Shown: positions 40,978 to 52,427 of the stretch, piece by piece
Layout of the letters: every line of letters begins with the position of its first letter
Numbering within the stretch: the stretch's first letter is position 1
Origin: Bigelowiella natans CCMP2755
Lineage: Eukaryota > Protista > Cercozoa
DNA: 64,000 nt
Assembly: GCA_000320545.1 (NCBI GenBank)
Contig: ADNK01001434.1
Location: 62,001-126,000 of the forward strand
Direction of reading: 5' to 3'
Notes under the pieces: model-generated
Seen by the model: only the letters and a program-made list of their open reading frames with translations
Told to the model about the DNA's origin: nothing
The model's database searches: none
Translations under genes and position numbers: made by a program

Positions 40978-41254
40978 AATTTATATTTTACATATGTACA
41001 TGTGTGTGTGTGTGTATAATTTTTAGTATTTATCAATCTTGGCTTGCTGGCTCTTAAGCAGTGTATCGATGCATTGCAGAGAAGAGAGGTGAGTCGAGGC
41101 GATCGTCGCTTTTCAAACAATCTAAAAGTAGCGATAATGATGATAATGATGATTAATCAATGATGTGGATGACTTGACTGGAATGCTGCTTTGGGCGGTA
41201 ATTTAGAATCATAATATCAAAAGCCGTCGATTGTTAGCTGCCGATGTGTGCGCG

Positions 41255-41294
<40 letters not shown>

Positions 41295-41331
41295 TTCTCG
41301 CCCCCTCTCTCTTCCATATACAGAGACATAC

Positions 41332-41363
<32 letters not shown>

Positions 41364-41704
41364 GCAGACTTACGTGCCATTTGGTGACTCGCAGCTGACG
41401 AAGCTTCTGAGTAATACTTATTAAGTAAGAATTAGAAAACAAAGAGGGTCTCTCAGGACGAGTTGGTCAATATTCTTGTGGTGAAAATATATAGATGAAT
41501 GTCTATAGCTCACCAGCTAAATGTTCGCTTCTCGGCGGCATGCATACCACATGCTTGCACACATTTGTATGTGCATTTTTTGTGTGTGTGTATGTGTGTG
41601 TGTATGTGTGTAAGAGAGAGAGAGAGAGAGAGAAGGAAAGAGCCCATATTTATACATAACATATCTTATTAGGTGCATCTCTTGGGGGAAACAGTAAATC
41701 TGGT

Positions 41705-41743
<39 letters not shown>

Positions 41744-42412
41744 TTAATATTGTTTGTGTCTCAACCCTCCCTGCATTTCTTTTTACTTGCCCAAATATGT
41801 AATCATATGCACATACTTCAACACATAACTCATTACCTCTTATATATACTGAGAATGATGTTTGGCATGATATTATGACACCTTATAAGGAGTGATTATA
41901 TGCGCGAGCAAAGCGCCTGTCGACTCGACGATGACAATGGAAGCTTTGAGATTTGGCGAGAGGTAGGCAGTCCCTCTCCCAGTCATCATTGCGGACTATA
42001 GAGCAAATTCCTCCATCATCAACAATACTCTTTAGCGAGTAGAGACATTTGCATGTTTGTGGGTCAAATATTTGTCCGGGGAGTTGTTCGCGAAGGTCTA
42101 TACCTTTGCTAAGGACTGCAGGCTGCGACTTTCATTGTTATCATATTATCATATTAATGAATGCTGTTGATAATATGGGCGACGGTTGTGTCGTCACTGA
42201 AGGTCTTGGTCATTATTATTGTAGGAAGCAATTTATGATTTCAGACGACCGAGTGTTGCTCATTCTTCTCTCTGTTCATTTTCCCTCCTCTTCCTCTCTC
42301 TCTCTCTCCCCCCCCCCCTTATTCAGTTGTCGACAAATCGAAAGTAGTGCCTCACAGGCCAAGGGAATTGCGTTGAGGTGTGTTAATGGATGTTTATGCG
42401 TGTGTATGTGTC

Positions 42413-42454
<42 letters not shown>

Positions 42455-43153
42455 ACTTCTGACCTCTTATATCATCTCCTCTTCCTTGCAATTTGCATAC
42501 GTTTGTGTACCTTTCACACTGCACTGAGCAGCGTCATGGAGCGGCTCAACCGCCAGATTCAGGAGTGTGAGGCCGCCATCAAAAAGAAAGAGCGCTGGGA
42601 AAACAGAAAGGTACCATCAAATGCATTCTGTTCTAAACATGCTGTTCTTCATGGATCATTCCTTTCTTGCAGCGAATTGGTACGCTGTCTGTTGGCTTGC
42701 AGTCGCAGCCACGATTTTGAATATCTTCAGATCAATTGCTACTACTACTTTCCTATTATCATACTCCTAATGTGCTGCTAGGTGGAGCAAATGGACGCGA
42801 TTGAGGGCAAGCAGGTACACACACGCGTGCGCATGCACACAAACAGTTTACCACCCCACTGAAACGTGCACACTCTTGCTTGTGTAGAGAGCTCCACAGA
42901 ACTGATCGGAATTATCATATCGCTGAGATGGCCCCCACCCCACCCCTTCCTTCCCTCCCACTCCCTAGGTGTTTGTCCAGTCATATCTGGCTGGTGCCGA
43001 GGAAGAGCGGAAACAGCTTACGGTAGCATTGAACCACATGATTATGATGGAAATATATGTCTCAATATGCGTCTTAAGTGATTTTCTTCCTATATTATCC
43101 GACGCACCATTTAGGCACTTTTGGCCAAGCGCAATGCATTGCTAGGAATGTGA
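35752..43153 (+). CDS. Kinesin-like motor protein with N-terminal F-box and short C-terminal coiled coil
   Basis: HVAVRFRP, FDYDCV, FLNG|FNAALFVYGQTG|SGKTHTMFG, SYVEVYGEEVTNLL, AATAMNE|RSSRAH, LADLGGAEQ, FINLGLLALKQCI, YVPFGDSQLTKLL, SLGGNSK, EALRFGER; stop at 43151-43153. The F-box comes from exons 35752-35829, 35989-36070 and 36274 onward. Confidence 0.92.
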
Positions 43154-43787
43154 TGACCACCAGCAAAGGACTTACCGAAAGCATTTTATCTTCTGGTTTG
43201 CTCCAGGACGCGCGGGATCTGAACCAAACCGATTTCTTGAAGCGCCATGAAAACATGTTTGTTTGCTACATGCGCCACACACATGCTAGCATGAGTTACT
43301 TATTGTTACAGCAATAAATAGATTTACACGCAGATTTCAGCGTGAAATGTGGCACATCACCACGCTCTAGTGCTATAGAAACAACATAGCGACGGCTGGC
43401 TAGTGCAGGGCAAAACTTCATCGTTGATCGACTTCGCTGGCGCTCACGTCTAGCTAGCTAGACGTGCATGCTAGCATGTATATGCATTACAAGCTTGCAA
43501 GACGCTCGATTGCAGCGCGTTTGTGCATGGATGTTAGCTTGTGATGCTACACCGCATAGCATTATTGCTTGGCATGCGCCATAGGTACTCATCTAGGACA
43601 TACACATTGCATTGAAGCGCACATTGACTTGCACGCTCTAGCTAGCTAGCGCTGAGCGATGAAACTTACGTACGCTATATTACTTAGATAATATGTTTTC
43701 TTCGAATTCAAGTGTTTCATACTACTACTTTTTTTCTTTAAAATTTTAAACAAATGGTTTCATCTCGTTCATCAGTTCTCATTATTG

Positions 43788-45359
43788 CTAATTTTCCTTC
43801 TTCTTCTTTCCACTTTTCATAGAGTTTTCATCACCATCGCCGCCAAATTCGCTCATGATTTCGCTCGCAATAGGCCCAAACCACTTGACCGACAGGCACC
43901 TTACCAGTTATTACGACGACGACGACGAATGCGCGAATCATCACAAAATCAATACCGACTCGAGAAAGCAAGGGGTAGCGTTGCTGCTGTGGCTGTATAG
44001 TCATGAGAAACTCCAAACAAAAATGAACTGAAGAAACCTTACTGGCATCTCAGAGCATCATATTTTGGCGATGGAAATATGCAAGGCTTGCGAATAGTGA
44101 AATGCGTGTGTCAAGACTTTTATTTCTATTACTATTGCTACTATAAACTACTACCACTACCACTGCTGCTACTACTCCTACTACGGCAACTACTGGTGCT
44201 AATGCTACTACCATATTATGAGGGTCGTCGCTGGGTACACCACCATTTCAAACATACTCACACCTGATTAGTAGTAGTATCGATTAGAAGAAGAAGATGA
44301 TGATGTTGATGAAGACGACGACGACGACAACGACGATGATGATGGGGCTATTATCATCCCAGCACCGCCATAACAGTGTCGCTGTCCGTATACCTTGAGC
44401 GTACATCGGGTGGTGGTAGTAGTCGTTGAGAAACAGCGCCAGCCACAGTGGGAAAGCAATCAGCCGTGTCGCAATCCAGGAGACCGCCAGCGCGAGGAGA
44501 TTGACTCTGTACAGAGCCCCTTTGGCGATTCCGAAGTCCCGGTACAAGAACTACGTGCACAACAACCGCAGCAGCAGCAGCAGCAGCAGCAGGTACCAGT
44601 AAAAGCAAATAATGTGTCAGAGAGCAGGCAAGCAGAAGGCAATTTTCGGAAGGATTTATCAACACCACTAACAGGGGGAGAGAGTCGTCCGGACTGTGGG
44701 GTTGCGCGAGGGAGTGAGCGAGCGCATGCGCGCGCGCGTTTGTGTGTGTGTGTGTGCGAGGTAGAAGGCTTGGTGAGAGAAAAGAAGAAAGAAAGGCTCG
44801 AAGCTCCGTCTCAGTATGAATCAAAAAAATTGGGGGCAAATAAGCACACAAGTGGAGTGTGAAACCTTGTTGTTGAGGAAGATGATCGAGATTTCGCACA
44901 TTCCGTCCATCGCGCCAAAGAAGTGAAGCCGATCTGCACGCAGTGAGGTGCTTCAAGATTGCTCATTACTTTTTGCTTTAGTAGTTATACACCGCAGGTA
45001 GCAGAAATAGGAAAGCAGGTTGTTTGTTTAACATTATTGGTCCTTACGGAGGAACAGGCCTACAGCGAAGCACGAAATGCTTATGACGTGGTGTATGTGA
45101 ATAAGCCACATTCCCTGTCGATTAGGAAGAAGAAGAGGAAGAAGATGAAGAAGAAGAAGAAACGGGTTACGAATGGGCACAGCACAACGATCTAATCTAT
45201 AGCTTCAAAGGGCCCAGAACCATCGATCGAAGTGCTATTGCGAGCAATGTAACCACTACCTTTTTTTTGTCCCCGAGAAGGACCGAAGAGACGGAGCGCA
45301 TAAAATTCTTTGCGATGTAAAGCACCTGAAAAGAATCTGTCAGTAAGCATACACACACA

Positions 45360-45392
<33 letters not shown>

Positions 45393-46241
45393 CCACATAC
45401 ACACAAATATATCATATCATATCATATCATATCATATCATATCATACAAAATAAACCACAATCAAATGGCATTTCAGAAGTACCAAGAACCAGTAACTAC
45501 TCCGATTCTCCCCAGTCCATCGAGCTGCGGCACCTTGCATGCCCAGCATGTATGAGGCGTGGCTGGCGAGAAATGATATCACCTGGTGAATATCGGCGTC
45601 AGTGGGAAGTCAATTTCGATATTTTTATTTGGGTCGTTCAAAAAGAAGTACATGTTTCCATACCGGAAGATAGACGATGTTGAATAGATTATCCGCGAAG
45701 GAGCCGCGATATTCTCTCTAAATGAGCGTGTACAGTTGTATACATTTAATCATGATTTGGCGTTATATTTGTGTGCCCGACGCCACGACTTACAAGTAAA
45801 TCATGCCGGAGTATTGTTGCACGCGGACAAAACCGAGCGAGAATGAACCAACACCATAAGTACTTATCCGGCGAGGCACGCTAGTTACTCATCCCAAAGA
45901 CGGCGCGTCAGTACCTTGACATCAGGTGCTACAACTGGGACCATCTACAACGTCAGTGGGAATCAGTTTATTAATTGACTGAATAAGGACATCAACGTCA
46001 TGAATTCACGAAAGAGTAAATCGTGTACTTGATAGAGCGTCAGATAGACGAGCGTCATCGCCAACGTGGCCACCATCTGAGTGAGATATCAGGCGCAGGA
46101 ATGAGCTCGGAGCATACAGCAAGAGTTTGCATTTCAGAGTGTGAAAGAAGATCTTAGAGGTACCAGATGCTCTACAATTTCCATGCTGCTGTCCTGCTGG
46201 AACAGCGAGCGGAGGAAGGGTATGAAGGCCAGAGGAGCCAT
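43788..46241 (-). CDS. TLC (TRAM/LAG1/CLN8) domain ER membrane protein
   Basis: WLIHIHHVISISCF (HH motif), TEL|SLPLL (ELSTP-like), NLLALAVSWIATRLIAFP, LSVKWFGPI; C-terminal KKKEN* is a KKxx ER-retrieval signal. Confidence 0.75.
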
Positions 46242-46704
46242 TCTTCCTTCCTGGATAGATCTACTATTCAGAAGGAAAAATACTATTTCGCGGGGTTTAT
46301 TCTGTCTAAAATAGCCTGAATATACATGTGGCGACAACAAAAATAGCCAACAACATTCAAAATCTACGCCGATAGCCTCGGAAGCGTACGGAGAGAACGG
46401 AAACCTACAAGAATTTACGAATAACGACATAGGTTTTTAGCTGAATCTGCCACAGATGCTCTACTAAACAGCAAATCGATGTGTAAAAACTCCCAACAAA
46501 CAAACGTAAATTTTCCGATGTTGCCGATCATACTTCTTCTTTCCGAAATTCCTTCGATGGAATTGTGCCCATCGCCCATGGGTCTTAGTGTATGGGCGTG
46601 GAGATCGTGCTACAATGAATCTCCGATGTCGTTCCTATTAAATTGAAGGCATTTTCCAGCAACGATCACTAAAACTCGCAGGTGGCGATAGTAACAACAA
46701 TTTC

Positions 46705-47906
46705 ATGCGACTGGGCCGCCTCGGAACTGCCTGCATGGTGAGTGGGGCTTATTACAGTGTGCGCAGCATCTGGGATGGAATTTCTTCACTCTTTCGTTTT
46801 TTTGTTGGGGTTCCGATATCCGAGGATTTATACAAGACAAAAACAAAGCTGGTTTTGCATAATAGGTGCAAGGTGCAACGCTCCTGCTCTATTTCTCCGT
46901 TATCGCTGTGCCAGTCAAGGCGCGCTTCCGCCCCACAGATTACGGCAAGGTGCCCACCAGTCAGACTACATTTGTATTTTTATTAACGCAGTTGAACTCT
47001 CCTTCTTTGTGCCCTTTAATTTTGCTCAGAATGGCATCACCACCAGACTGAGGGATGGGCCTATCCGTCACCTCAAGATTGCACCCCGCTCTGTACTCGC
47101 ACATAGAACAAGGAAGCTGCGACTCTCAAATGAGAAAGCGGAGGCTCCACTTATTGCCATCTACCCCTCTTCACGGCTGTCCGTTGCCCTCAGATGCCGC
47201 TCATCGAAAGGTTCATATGCCGCATCGTGGTGTAAATCTTTTCCGACAAGTTGACGTGTAATCAGAGGACAAGGAGAAGCAGGATAAGGAGGAGAGCAAG
47301 AAGGACAATATGGACCAGATGAAAAAAACTCTTGAGCGCGCGGGCTACGACTCTACGATGGCCAAGGCGAAGCTCGAGGAGTGGCGGTCTCTCGGCCTGA
47401 ACAGGTTACACACACTTCGCATATATTCCTCCATTCTCACACCTCAAGGCAGGTTTATGAAAATGCAAAGAAATACGGAGGATTAATGTAAGTAATATAT
47501 GATTCTCATCTGGCCCTCTGCTTCTTCTCTCCCCCGCCCATTAGCTCTAGCTCTGTGCGTGATCATCTTGTTAACGGGGCTGTGAAAGGACTGCTGACCA
47601 AGTTCGGATGGCTTACTTTCTACGCCACTGTTACATACTTGCTCTACCAGTGGTCTTTAGCAGGAGGGGAGGGGCAGGGTGGCATGATTCAAATCGTGCT
47701 AATAATGTTCACCTACATCAACGCCTACTCCTTCTGCCAAGAGTACGTATACGATAACTTATCCGTGGGAGAGAAGAAATAATAATAAGAAGCTACTTGT
47801 AGTACTCGTTCTACTACTAGTAGTCGCAGTAGTAGTAGAGATTGTAGGAGTAGCGCTGAGGGATATGCCTGGCAACACAGATGCACAGATACAAGCACAC
47901 ACAACA

Positions 47907-47952
<46 letters not shown>

Positions 47953-48530
47953 CAGGTAAGGACCCATAATACTCCTCCACTAGCTTCGAATTTCTAGCTT
48001 ACAATATATTTATATTGGTATTGATACTGGCATAGATATATGCGGCGTGCATGCGTCACCGCAGCAAGATTAAAAACCTTACTCACGTACCAACGCTAAA
48101 AACAGGCTACTTCTTTTCGGCACCTTGGCCTACGCGACTCTGCAGTTTGCCTCCAACCCGATCCTGCTAGATGCGATCAAGGAGATTGCGGGAGATTCGC
48201 CGGAGATACCCGCCCTTAATGTAAAACCACAAAAGGTTGTTGACGTCTTGAAGGTCTTCGCATCATTGCAGGAGCTCAACACTCGGCTAAGAGATATGAA
48301 GTTCGAGTCGTCTCCTCTCGATGCGCTCGGCTCCATGCTTACGCTGCAAAGCCAGGATGTCGATATCCTCTGCGACATCGATGTAATGATGTCCCGCACA
48401 TCATATGTTTTATGTTATATTATGTTATTTGTTATGAATATATGAATAATATTTATCGTAGTATGTAATTATAAGTGTGGTTTTTGAAGTTGGATTGCGA
48501 AAGAACGACACCAACATGTCACTGAATATG

Positions 48531-48568
<38 letters not shown>

Positions 48569-48701
48569 TACGTATCGCTTATGATATCCCGGTTGGATGT
48601 CCCCCCCTCGTCTGAATGCCTTTGCGAAGGACAAGGATGCTTGCATCGCCGACCTGGACACGGCCGCTAGGATCTTCAATCGGTACATGTTACGGCGCGC
48701 G

Positions 48702-48735
<34 letters not shown>

Positions 48736-48781
48736 TCTATTACACAATATATATCTTGCGTTTGTGTTTGTTTGTTTTTTT

Positions 48782-48818
<37 letters not shown>

Positions 48819-49159
48819 GAGATTTACTTGATGCTCTAATGACACCACAACTCAAATGTTTACTCCCGACGATAAAATTGCCATTACCAATCCCCACCCT
48901 CATCAGATACGACCTAAACGGTGACCAGCGCCTGGAGCAGGAGGAAGTGCGGCTTATGTTAAGCGACGTTGGTCTGAACCTCGAGGAAGAAGAGGTGGAG
49001 GAGGCGATACGGATCCTTGATTCTCTCAATCAGGACGGCTATGTTGGGTTCGACGAATTCGTTGCATTCTGGCAAAACAAACTTATGCAACCAGAAGTTA
49101 CTGCTGCTGCTGCTGCCGAGCAAGAAGCAGGTAAGAGTAATGATTTGGATAGGCAATAA
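46705..49159 (+). CDS. Membrane protein with a C-terminal EF-hand pair and a bipartite (signal + transit-like) leader, probably plastid-targeted
   Basis: Spliced leader MRLGRLGTACM|VQGATLLLYFSVIAVPVKA, then an Arg/Ser-rich region ending LRCRSSK, then an acidic mature start. Hydrophobic segments at 47600-47750. EF-hands YDLNGDQRLEQEE and DSLNQDGYVGFDEF. Confidence 0.8.
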
Positions 49160-49578
49160 TAATGATAGGGCTCATGATCGCCAGACTGCAGCTTTGCATG
49201 TCATGACCCTGTTGTCGTCGCGGCGATAATAGGGTCATAACGAGCGGAAGAAAGCGTAGGAGATTTTGCCTCCTGGTAGGGCGATAGAAACGGTGGTGTA
49301 TAGCTGTAGCTGCAGTAGTTCTGATAGTAAAGTGCGGAGAAAGGACGCCTAATGATAACGCACAAAAGCCGCTCCAATGTTCCAAGCCAAATAAACGAAA
49401 ACTGTTGCTACGTATGTGTGTACAAGATGAAGGTCGACAGTAGCCATGCACTATGACTTTACATCTTGCATGTTTATTAATTTTTCGCATGCCTAAGCCG
49501 CACACAGCATGGCTAGATGGGCTCACTAGCTCTTCACATGACTAAGGTCATCATTGGACATGCACCATGCCAGCATGT

Positions 49579-50235
49579 CTACTTGATTAAGCCAGTTCAA
49601 AGTTGCTCTCTCACTAGCACACCGTTGACGCTTTGAGTTCTTCAACGGGTGCGAATTCGATCTGCACTAGCTTGTCCTTTTTCACATCCGCAGTCTCTGT
49701 TCACATATACACATCAAACGATGTGCAGATGTCCTGCTCGGCATGTGCACAATGCCTTCTGTCCGAAAAAGTCATTTTTCCACCGACCGCAACCGTCGCA
49801 TTCTGCACAGAATTCCAGGACGGGAGCTAGCTAGCTAGGTCACCGATCGAGCCAGCGTGCAAAGTTTGCAGCCACACGTGTGCCACAAACTCTTTGCACC
49901 TGCTAGTTGAGGGCTCCCTGGGGAAGACCTTGGAAAACATGCTCCATGGTTGCCTTTGTTGATCTGCGCAAAGCTCACGACAAAGTCTGGAACCAAGGCG
50001 TGCGAGTTGAGCTGCCACGAAGATGATGAAGTGGTGTGACCGGCAATTGGTGACGAACAGACAAGGGTGCACGACTAGACGAGCTCACGTCTTCCAGAAC
50101 GTGCTGGCTTTTCAGTCAAATGAAGTCAGGTCTCCAACTGATCTGTCCCTTGGCCAACCTTTTGTTCAAGTTTTGGACCTTGCGAAGGCAAAGCAGTTGA
50201 TGCAGGTTGAAGGCTTCCACGGCCCGAAGGAAGAA
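49579..50235 (-). pseudogene. Possible decayed intronless coding or TE relic
   Basis: Manual translation of one minus frame reads protein-like (includes CAECDGCGRW) with only TGA/TAG interruptions, and the in-register antisense frame is largely open. Weak support. Confidence 0.3.
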
Positions 50236-50621
50236 TGAACTGTGAAATTCGAAGTTTCGAACTGCAGAAACTCCATCGTAGATACATGTACAAAAAAGGA
50301 CATTGTGGAAATGGCGGTTTCGACCGCCCGAACCATTTCTGGGATTTTCAGCACAAATTCACCCTAAAATGCATGGCATTGCTGTCAAATCGTGTCAAGT
50401 ACCGGGTTCTACTGATGATTTACATTCCCATGTCTTTAGGATGCTTGATGGACTCCTTGTCGCACTACTGAAAAGCAATTGATCAATGAATGGCGACGGA
50501 TGTATTGTTAGGCGTAACGCCGCAACTCGAATGGTAACGTTGAAGTGCCATTTTAGTGTTTGTGTATTGGATCTCTGTCGTCGCAGAAAGGATCATCGCT
50601 AGATTCTACAAAAAGCGAAGT

Positions 50622-50640
50622 GTTACCCCTTCCTGAAGAG
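50622..50640 (+). repeat. 19-bp direct repeat, copy 1 (GTTACCCCTTCCTGAAGAG)
   Basis: Identical to 63017-63035; both copies are followed 6 nt later by CAATGG. Confidence 0.85.
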
Positions 50641-50662
50641 CTATGACAATGGGAAGCCATCC

Positions 50663-52389
50663 ATGCTGGGCATAACTCTTGTTATCCTTGGGGCCCTTTG
50701 CACACCGCAAGGGGTTCTGTCCAAAGATCAAGGAAATGCTGCTGTCCATGTCCCTAACAAGCTCGAGCAAGAACCGTTGTGGATCGACTACGAAGATGAA
50801 AATGATGACTCCAAGCCAGAACTGTCGCGGATCGGCCACGAAGATGAGAATGATGAATCCAAGCTAGAACGGATCAGCGAAAGAACGAAGGCATTCGCTG
50901 GCGTACTTTCCGCAAAAAGTCACAGCCACAATCCCCACGGCCACAATCCCCACAGCCACAATCCCCACAGCCACTCCCCTCATGGCCACAGTCCCCACTC
51001 CCACTTCCCTCATGGCCACAGTCCCCACTCCCACAATCCTCATAGTCACAATCCTCATGGCCACAGTCCCCACTCCCACAATCCTCATAGCCACAATCCT
51101 CATAGTCACAATCCCCACTCCCACAATCCTCATAGCCACAGGTACTAGCAGTTGTCGAAGTGTAGCTTGATAGAATTTCTGCGTTTATTTAACCCGCAGT
51201 CACATTTCATTTATTTGTATTTTCGAAGATTGTCCATGCAATGGAGGTGTTTTATCAATGTGCTTTCATTACAGAGACTTAAATTCAAAAAACTTTGACA
51301 ACAAAAATCATCCGTACTCTCTTTCCTGTTTTACTATGATACGCGCTCCCTCCTCCGCGTTCGATGTCTTCTTGAAATATTAAATGTTTGATTGTCAATA
51401 TTTCCGTCAGCCCGCACGTTCATACCCCCGTACCTACAAAGTTCCCCACACCGGCACCGACTCCGTTCCCTACACCGGCACCGACTAAATACCCCACACC
51501 GGCACCGACTCCGTTCCCTACACCGGCACCGACTAAATACCCTACACCGGCACCGACTCCGTTCCCTACACCGGCACCGACTAAATACCCCACACCGGCA
51601 CCGACTCCGTTCCCTACACCGGCACCGACTAAATACCCTACACCGGCACCGACCCCAAATCCAACGCCTTTCCCGACACCACTGCCGACACCCGAGCCCT
51701 CGCAGAGCCCTACCCATGTGCCTACGACACAGTCTCCAGGGACATCAAGCCCTCGCACTATGAGCCCGACGTCGCTGGCTCCTACGTCGATATCTCCAGG
51801 GACTGAGTCCCCGAGCTCGTGCGCACCGAGCTCGTGCTCACCGAGCTCGGTCAGCCCGACCCCAAATCCAACGCCTTTCCCGACACCACTGCCGACACCC
51901 GAGCCCTCGCAGAGCCCTACCCATGTGCCTACGACACAGTCTCCAGGGACATCAAGCCCTCGCACTATGAGCCCGACGTCGCTGGCTCCTACGTCGATAT
52001 CTCCAGGGACTGAGTCCCCGAGCTCGTGCGCACCGAGCTCGTGCTCACCGAGCTCGGTCAGCCCCGCAACCCGCTCACCTTTGGCGGCAGGGAAGACGTT
52101 TGGTCCAACAGAGGTGCCGACATGCTCACCTGTGACGAACTCCCCGACGTCCCTGCAGCCAACCTCTAGCGCTCCTTCCACCTGTGCGCCCACATCTCGG
52201 TCTCCGTCGAGTGCTACACCTGCAACGATTAGTCCTTCGACCTCTGCACCGCTTACGGGAGGCCTGACTCACCACCCTGTCACCAGCATGCCCTCATTAT
52301 CACCAATCACAGCAGCGCCATCTACGGTATGCATCCTTGATTTCAGTGTGATTGTGAAGAAACTGTGTGCTTAAGAGAGGAAGTTTACG

Positions 52390-52427
<38 letters not shown>

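Noticed and set aside
51334-52193. Antisense and alternate-frame repeat ORFs (GAGVG..., RCRCRER...) and a possible CRISPR-like array
   Set aside because: These are shadows of the coding TPAP repeats. The units are contiguous with no unique spacers, and there are no cas genes.
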